Below are positions 15,972-21,334 of a stretch of 21,334 bases of DNA, one piece after another. Numbering within the stretch: position 1 is the first letter of the stretch; the number at the start of each line of letters is the position of its first letter. The position numbers and the translations under genes are program-made. This DNA is from a virus. Taxonomy: Duplodnaviria > Heunggongvirae > Uroviricota > Caudoviricetes. Under the pieces are notes generated by a model, which was given only the letters and a program-made list of their open reading frames with translations, searched no databases and had not been told where the DNA came from. The stretch is from IMG/VR virus record IMGVR_UViG_2531839668_000009, one strand, 5' to 3'.

Positions 15972-16418
15972 CTAACCACAAAGGAATCGCATCAATTTGG
16001 ATTTTGCAGACAGTTTCTCTTGTTGTTCTACGGAGATTCCTATTTTGATCTGGGTTTTTAAGATTGCGATATCTTTAAGCGACGACCAAATATTATCATC
16101 TGTTTTTTCCAGGAGCTTTAACTGCATTTTCAATTCCGAATCGGAATATTTTTCTGCATCATCATAAAGCTGCAGATATTCTGCGGATTTTCTCATTGCG
16201 TTACCTGACTTTTGTCCGAATCCGTAAATCGTTTGAACGGTTGCTATCACAACAATGAGAACTCCAGAAACTTCAGGAATAAATCCACCAATGACAGATG
16301 AACCGAGGATAATACTCACCACTGAGAGAAGTTTATCGAGACGACCAGTCGCTACAGAGAATAGTTGTTCAAGAAAATAACCATATAAAACCCTGTCAAG
16401 AATATCATCCCGGTCCAT
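15972..16418 (-). CDS. Hypothetical membrane protein encoded antisense within the early-left operon (SieB position)
   Basis: 148 aa, ATG with AGGTGA RBS; two hydrophobic helices (LLSVVSIILGSSVIGGFIPEVSGVLIVVIATVQTIYGF) then a charged helical C-terminal region; AT-rich relative to neighbours. Confidence 0.55.
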   Translation of the reverse strand: MDRDDILDRVLYGYFLEQLFSVATGRLDKLLSVVSIILGSSVIGGFIPEVSGVLIVVIATVQTIYGFGQKSGNAMRKSAEYLQLYDDAEKYSDSELKMQLKLLEKTDDNIWSSLKDIAILKTQIKIGISVEQQEKLSAKSKLMRFLCG

Positions 16419-16477
16419 ATATCATCACCTGCTTGTTTGATTGTTGCTGTTCCCCCTCTCCTCTGAAGGAGCTGGAG

Positions 16478-16666
16478 ATGGTTTTGGTCGAATGTTTTTC
16501 TCAGGTATATGTTTCCTGGTATTCGGAATGTCCGACCTGTCCGCAGGCTTACCAGTACCTGAACAATTCTTTTGAACCACCATATAAAACACCTTCCTGT
16601 TGTTGGGGATATCCAGATTATACAGATTTCCTGTCGTTGGGGAACGACGGAAACCACCTCGCCTGA
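16478..16666 (+). CDS. Hypothetical Cys-rich small protein (62 aa)
   Basis: Internal ATG of track ORF 16433..16666 with a GAAGGAG RBS about 8 nt upstream; contains CPTC and SCC motifs; the 3' part overlaps a 16-bp direct repeat. Confidence 0.35.
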   Translation: MVLVECFSQVYVSWYSECPTCPQAYQYLNNSFEPPYKTPSCCWGYPDYTDFLSLGNDGNHLA

Positions 16667-16893
16667 CGTGGTTAAAAGCAGGCACACAACGCGAAAGCGT
16701 ACGGCGAAGCTCTTTCCCTTAGAAGGCTTGTCGTTAGATTTCTTCGAACGTGCGCTTCCGGTTGTGGCAATCCGCGAAATGGCGCGGCGGTAAGTATGGC
16801 GGGGTTATTCCTTCCCCAGTTGAGGACACCGGGTTGTCAGGTTGACCATACGCTTAAGTGACAACCCCGCTACAACGCCCTCTGTTATCAATA

Positions 16894-16951
16894 TTCTGGT
16901 GACATTTGGCGGTATCAGTTTTACTCCGTGACTGCTCTGCCGCCCTTTTTT
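16894..16951 (+). ncRNA. dicF: DicF small regulatory RNA
   Basis: TTCTGGTGACATTTGGCGGTATCAGTTTTACTCCGTGACTGCTCTGCCGCCC followed by a T-run matches the DicF sequence as I recall it, with a terminator hairpin at its 3' end; sits upstream of dicB as in Qin. Confidence 0.8.
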
Positions 16952-17121
16952 AAAAGTGAATTTTGTGATGCGGTGAATGCGGCTCAGCGCACGCGGAACA
17001 GTTAAAACCAAAAACAGTGTTATGGGTGGATTCTCTGTATCCGGCGTTAATTGTTAACTGGTTAACGTCACCTGGAGGCACCAGGCACCGCATCACAAAA
17101 TTCATTGTTGAGGACGCGATA

Positions 17122-17310
17122 ATGGAAAAGTTATCATGTAATGCCAGCACGTCTGAACTTCGTTTCGAAATTGGCGTTATCACTGGAGACAAAACATTTA
17201 TTGAAGACGCCATTAAGCAGAGAAAACTCGAGCAGGACCTGTTAAATGAAGTATGCATTCCTTCAATGCTGGCTCGTCTGGACCTGCTGCAAAAAGGATA
17301 TAAACAATGA
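17122..17310 (+). CDS. dicB: DicB cell-division inhibitor
   Basis: 62 aa with a GAGGA RBS; shares FEIGV, EDAI and SMLARL blocks with K-12 DicB as recalled; track ORF 17017..17310 starts further upstream but the internal ATG is preferred. Confidence 0.8.
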   Translation: MEKLSCNASTSELRFEIGVITGDKTFIEDAIKQRKLEQDLLNEVCIPSMLARLDLLQKGYKQ

Positions 17311-17498
17311 ATACAACATTTGCACTCGTTCTGACAGTTTATCTTGTTTCCGGCGAATCTCTTGAGCTGGTGACTGGCTTATACGGTTCAATGAAAGAAT
17401 GCATGGCTGCAGCAGCAGAACAAAAAATTCCCGGTAACTGTTATCCGGTAGATAAAACTACTCACACTAATAATAACGAAATACCGGCAGGACTTTAA
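17307..17498 (+). CDS. ydfD: YdfD-like small membrane protein
   Basis: 63 aa, start overlaps the dicB stop; hydrophobic N-terminus (MNTTFALVLTVYLVSG). Confidence 0.65.
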   Translation: MNTTFALVLTVYLVSGESLELVTGLYGSMKECMAAAAEQKIPGNCYPVDKTTHTNNNEIPAGL

Positions 17499-17591
17499 AA
17501 CAGCACCGTAATTAATATCCGGTTTCATTTTTATATGCCAGCAATGGCAGGGATTTGTTCACCCTTAAATCTGTAATGAGGTTAAAACAAA

Positions 17592-20027
17592 ATGAGTAAA
17601 GTCTTTATTTGCGCCGCCATTCCGGACGAACAGGCAATAAAAGAAGAGGGCGCAGTTGCTGTAGCCACTGCCATTGAAGCCGGTGATGAACGCCGCGCCC
17701 GTGCCAAATTTACCTGGCAATTCCTGGAGCAATATCCTGCTGCTCAGGACTGCGCTTATAAATTTCTTGTCTGCGAAGATAAACCCGGCATGCCCCGCCC
17801 TGCTATCGACTCCTGGGATACCGAATATATGCAGGAAAACCGCTGGGATGAGGAATCCGCTTCCTTTATTCCGGTCGAACCAGAATCCGATCCTATTAAC
17901 GTCAATTTTGACAAGCTGTCCCTTGAAGTACAGAACGCGGTCCTGGTTAAGTTCGGTACATGTGAAAACATCACCGTTGATATGGCGATTGACGCGCAGG
18001 AATTACTGCAAGAAGACGTGGCTACCTTTGACGGACATATCGTTGAAGCACTGATGAAAACGCCTGAAATTAACGCTATGTATCCGGAACGCAAACTGTT
18101 CGCTATCGGATGGGTTAAACACAAATGTAAGCCGGGTACCAAATGGCCCGAAATTCAGGCTGAATTACGTAACTGGAAAAAACGGCAGGACGCAGAGCGC
18201 AAAGAGACTGGAAAATACACGTCTGTTGTTGATCTTGCCCGCGCCAAAGCCAACCGACAGCACACTGAAAACCCAGCAGAAAAAATCCCTCCTGTAACTG
18301 CCGCCATTCATCGCGAATACAAGCAGACATGGAAAACCCTGGACAGGGAGCTGGCCTACTATCTCTGGCCTGGTGATGCGGATGCCGGAAACATTGACGG
18401 CAGCATCCTTCGCTGGGCTAAAAATGAAGTTATCGCCAGAGATCGCGAAGACTGGAAGCGCATCTCCGCATCAATGCGCAAACAACCTGATGCGCTTCGC
18501 TACAGCCGCCAGACTATTTTTGGCCTTGTCCGTGAACGTCCGATCGACATTCACAAAGACCCTGTGGCACTGAACAAATACATTACTGAATACCTGACTA
18601 CAAAGGGCGTGTTTGAAGATGAAGGAAGAAATCAGAGCGCAACTGATACTCTCTCGTCGCCAGTACCAGAAACTGATGCAGTGGAAACGGCAATTCCGGA
18701 CAACGAAAAAACCGAATGCAAAGTGGAAGTCGAACCATCTGTAGAGCGTGAGGGGCCGTTCTACTTCCTCTTCACCGACAAGGATGGCGAAAAATACGGT
18801 CGCGCAAACAAACTTTCTGGTCTGGACAAGGCGCTGGCTGCCGGGGCTACTGAAATCACGAAAGAAGAATATCTTGCCCGCAAAAACGGAACATACACGG
18901 ACTTACCGCAAAATGTGGATACCGCTGAAGATTCCGTACAACCGGAGCCGGTAAAAGTTACCGCTGACGAAGTAAACAAAATTATGCAGGCAGCCAATAT
19001 CAGCCAGCCTGACGCCGATAAATTGCTTGCTGCATCACGTGGTGAATTTGTTGAAGGGATTAGCGATCCGAATGATCCGAAATGGGTGAAGGGGATTGAA
19101 ACCTGCGATTCTGTGAACCAGAACCAGTCAGAAACGGAACAGAACGACCAAAAAGCGGAACAAAACAGCCCAAATGCGTTACAAGACGAGCCAGAAACGA
19201 AACAATCCGAACCAGTAGCGCAACAGGAAGAGGAAAAAGTCTGTACCGCCTGCGGTCAGAGTGGTGGCGGCAACTGCCCTGATTGTGGCGCGGTGATGGG
19301 CGACGCAACCTGCCAGGAAACATTCGATGAAGAAAATCAGGCTGAAGCTCAGGAGGAAATGGAAGGCAGTGGCGGCGATCACTACCACACCACAGATAAT
19401 GAAAGTGGCGAGACAGCAAATCCCTTAATTAAGGTGAACGGTCATCGTGAAATTACATCCACCAGCAGGTTGTGGCACCATCTGATGATTGACCTTGAAA
19501 CAATGGGAAAAAATCCTGATGCCCCGATTATCTCAATAGGTGCAATATTTTTCGATCCGCAAACCGGAGAGATGGGGCCAGAATTCAGCAAAACTATCGA
19601 TCTGGAAACTGCTGGCGGAGTCATTGATCGGGACACCATTAAGTGGTGGCTGAAACAGTCACGCGAAGCGCAATCCGCCATTCTTACCGATGAAATCCCG
19701 TTAGATGATGCACTGCTGCAATTACGGGAATTTATCGACGAAAACTCCGGTGAATTTTTTGTTCAGGTCTGGGGTAACGGTGCAACTTTCGACAACGTGA
19801 TTTTACGCCGTTCATATGAACGGCAGGGGATCCCCTGCCCATGTCGTTACACCAATGATCGCGATGTAAGAACGATGGTTGCTCTGGGACTGGTGATGGA
19901 TTTCGACGCAAGAACGACTATTCCATTCGAAGGTGAACGCCATAACGCTCTGAACGATGCACGTTACCAGGCGAAATACGTTTCAGCCATCTGGCAAAAA
20001 ATGCTCCCGAGTCAGGCTGATTTTTAA
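17592..20027 (+). CDS. Large early-operon protein with C-terminal DEDDh (DnaQ/Rv2179c-like) 3'-5' exonuclease domain (YdfE-like)
   Basis: 811 aa. C-terminal about 180 aa carry Exo I (MIDLETMG), Exo II (VWGNGATFDNVIL) and Exo III (HNALNDARYQAKY) motifs. Upstream are an acidic low-complexity linker and a Cys4 motif (CTACGQSGGGNCPDCG). The N-terminal 550 aa have no motif I recognise. Confidence 0.7.
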   Translation: MSKVFICAAIPDEQAIKEEGAVAVATAIEAGDERRARAKFTWQFLEQYPAAQDCAYKFLVCEDKPGMPRPAIDSWDTEYMQENRWDEESASFIPVEPESDPINVNFDKLSLEVQNAVLVKFGTCENITVDMAIDAQELLQEDVATFDGHIVEALMKTPEINAMYPERKLFAIGWVKHKCKPGTKWPEIQAELRNWKKRQDAERKETGKYTSVVDLARAKANRQHTENPAEKIPPVTAAIHREYKQTWKTLDRELAYYLWPGDADAGNIDGSILRWAKNEVIARDREDWKRISASMRKQPDALRYSRQTIFGLVRERPIDIHKDPVALNKYITEYLTTKGVFEDEGRNQSATDTLSSPVPETDAVETAIPDNEKTECKVEVEPSVEREGPFYFLFTDKDGEKYGRANKLSGLDKALAAGATEITKEEYLARKNGTYTDLPQNVDTAEDSVQPEPVKVTADEVNKIMQAANISQPDADKLLAASRGEFVEGISDPNDPKWVKGIETCDSVNQNQSETEQNDQKAEQNSPNALQDEPETKQSEPVAQQEEEKVCTACGQSGGGNCPDCGAVMGDATCQETFDEENQAEAQEEMEGSGGDHYHTTDNESGETANPLIKVNGHREITSTSRLWHHLMIDLETMGKNPDAPIISIGAIFFDPQTGEMGPEFSKTIDLETAGGVIDRDTIKWWLKQSREAQSAILTDEIPLDDALLQLREFIDENSGEFFVQVWGNGATFDNVILRRSYERQGIPCPCRYTNDRDVRTMVALGLVMDFDARTTIPFEGERHNALNDARYQAKYVSAIWQKMLPSQADF

Positions 20028-20094
20028 TGTTCAACCCATATCGCCGCCCACCAGCTATAGTGGCGGCGGTCATGCTGTAAAGGCACGTGACCAC

Positions 20095-20337
20095 ATGTAC
20101 GAATTAACTCTATCTCCAGCAGAGATTAAAGAGATCACGAAATACGAGCGATACACAAAACAGCAACACCAGTTAAGACTGCACGGCATCCCATTTGTAA
20201 TCGGCCCTAAAAACGAACCCATAGTTCTCCGCAGGGATATTCCACACGGTCTGACAACGATGCCAAAAACATCTGAACTGGTTTCTGCTGAACCCGATTT
20301 TGAGGCGCTGAACAATGGGAAGACCAAGAAAAAATAA
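20095..20337 (+). CDS. xis: Excisionase (Xis-like)
   Basis: 80-aa internal ATG of track ORF 19957..20337 (MYELTLSP...), basic C-terminus, 3' end overlapping the integrase start as in lambda xis-int. Confidence 0.5.
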   Translation: MYELTLSPAEIKEITKYERYTKQQHQLRLHGIPFVIGPKNEPIVLRRDIPHGLTTMPKTSELVSAEPDFEALNNGKTKKK

Positions 20338-21334
20338 AAAAGATAATGTACTGCCACCGCGGGTTAGATCGAATGGTTACAGTTACGTGTGGAAACCCGA
20401 AGGAAGTACAAGAAGTATAGGGCTAGGAAGAGTGCGGAAAACCAGCGTAGCTAAAGTCTGGCAAAATTATGAACTGGAAAAAGCAAAACTCCACAACATA
20501 ATGACCGTAGCTAAATTGTGGCACATGTTTATGGACTCCCCTGCATTTACAGAACTGGCCCCCCGAACCCAAAAAGATTATCGACAACATCAGAAGGCGT
20601 TGCTGATGGTATTCGGAAAAGTGCTTGCTGATAATGTCAAAACTGAGCAGGTAAGAATTTTCATGGATAAACGAGGGCTTGAGAGCAAGACCCAGGCAAA
20701 TCATGAACTGGCAAGCCTGAGTCGAGTATACGGGTGGGGATATGAGCGTGGGTATGTGAAGAATAACCCATGCAAAGGAGTCAGAAAATTCTCTCTTAAA
20801 GCCCGCACTGTTTACATCACCGATGAACAGTATGCGGCGATATATGCGGAAGCAATTCCACAGTTACGCATTGCAATGGAGATTTCCTATCTCTGTGCGG
20901 CAAGACTCGGTGATGTGCTTGAGTTGAAATGGCAGGATATTATGGATAAAGGGATCTACATTGAGCAAAACAAAACCGGCACCAAACAAATCAAGGAATG
21001 GTCACCGCGATTACGTACAGCGATCCAGTTAGCCCGAAATGTATCTTCCTGTACATGCGAATATGTGATCAATACAACCAAAGGCGGGAAAGTCATAGCT
21101 AAAACGCTGAATAACTGGTGGAATCAGGCTAAACGCGCAGCCGAGCAAAAAGTTGGCGTTCCGTTCGGGTGCAATTTTCACGACATAAAAGCCAAGGGGA
21201 TCTCAGATTACGAAGGCAGCAGTCGCGACAAACAAATTTTCAGCGGGCATAAAACAGAAAATCAGGTGTTGATTTACGATCGTAAAACAAAAATCACACC
21301 AACACTGGATTTGCCGCTCGTGGTTAGCAAGTAG
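20315..21334 (+). CDS. int: Lambda-family tyrosine integrase
   Basis: 339 aa; N-terminus MGRPRKNKKDNVLPP...NGYSY and core block ELKWQDIMDKGIYIEQNKTGTK resemble lambda Int (MGRRRSHERRDLPP...; EMKWSDIVDGYLYVEQSKTGVK); C-terminal H/R/Y region present; stop is the last codon of the window. Confidence 0.85.
   Translation: MGRPRKNKKDNVLPPRVRSNGYSYVWKPEGSTRSIGLGRVRKTSVAKVWQNYELEKAKLHNIMTVAKLWHMFMDSPAFTELAPRTQKDYRQHQKALLMVFGKVLADNVKTEQVRIFMDKRGLESKTQANHELASLSRVYGWGYERGYVKNNPCKGVRKFSLKARTVYITDEQYAAIYAEAIPQLRIAMEISYLCAARLGDVLELKWQDIMDKGIYIEQNKTGTKQIKEWSPRLRTAIQLARNVSSCTCEYVINTTKGGKVIAKTLNNWWNQAKRAAEQKVGVPFGCNFHDIKAKGISDYEGSSRDKQIFSGHKTENQVLIYDRKTKITPTLDLPLVVSK

Larger units (their letters stand above)
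1..21334. mobile_element. Defective lambdoid prophage with a Qin/Rac-like early region; integrase at right edge, effector cargo at left edge, head and tail morphogenesis genes deleted
   Basis: Gene content and order: int-xis-exo-dicB-dicF-repressor / cro-like-O-like-DnaC-like-tRNAs-lysis-cos-Nu1 fragment-tail fibre fragment. Neither att site is inside the window. Confidence 0.85.

Noticed and set aside
16352-16793. ORFs 16352..16687 (-), 16425..16685 (-) and 16572..16793 (+, TTG start)
   Set aside because: Overlap one another and the RBS-supported 62-aa + strand ORF; weak or non-ATG starts; none shows a recognisable motif.
17592-20027. Calling the 811-aa protein RecE (exonuclease VIII)
   Set aside because: Position is analogous, but the nuclease domain motifs are DEDDh-type rather than the RecE/lambda-Exo type, and no RecT-like partner is present; I could not verify any sequence identity to RecE from memory.
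17674-20357. Multiple short ORFs on both strands inside the 811-aa exonuclease gene and the xis region
   Set aside because: Nested in or antisense to a long ORF with clear C-terminal exonuclease motifs; no independent support.
1-21334. CRISPR arrays, rRNA genes, insertion sequences or transposase genes
   Set aside because: No regularly spaced repeat-spacer arrays, rRNA-like sequence, terminal inverted repeats with a transposase ORF, or DDE/HTH transposase-like proteins were seen.

Overview
This window reads as most of a defective lambdoid prophage of an Escherichia-type enterobacterium, with virulence and accessory cargo at the classic moron positions. Every call is from reading the sequence and the ORF track by eye; no database search was run, and the track uses GTG/TTG as well as ATG starts, so several starts were re-checked by hand. 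Early-left operon (+ strand): DicA-like repressor, a PaaR-like regulator with a PaaA/ParE-type toxin-antitoxin pair, a YdfA-like ORF, DicF sRNA, DicB, YdfD, an 811-aa protein with a C-terminal DnaQ-like 3'-5' exonuclease domain, then xis and a lambda-type integrase ending at 21334. Rightward/late operon (- strand): Cro-like HTH, YdaT-like, an O-like replication initiator with internal iterons, a DnaC-like loader, a frameshifted candidate late regulator, a pR'/tR'-like element, three tRNAs (Ile-CAU, Arg-UCG, Arg-UCU), a disrupted TerB-like gene, a NanS-p-like esterase, a phage-21-type lysis cassette (pinholin, SAR endolysin, Rz/Rz1), a PerC-like regulator, a lambda-identical cosN with cosB-like repeats, and a small-terminase 5' fragment fused by deletion to an N-terminally truncated collagen-repeat tail fibre. 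All head and tail genes are missing. Beyond the tail fibre sits an AT-rich NleB-family type III effector gene. No single clearly novel multi-gene system stands out. The least explained elements are the 811-aa exonuclease fusion, an antisense AT-rich membrane-protein gene inside the dicB-type operon, a tail-anchored 60-aa protein inside the lysis cassette, and the cos-retaining but morphogenesis-less architecture.
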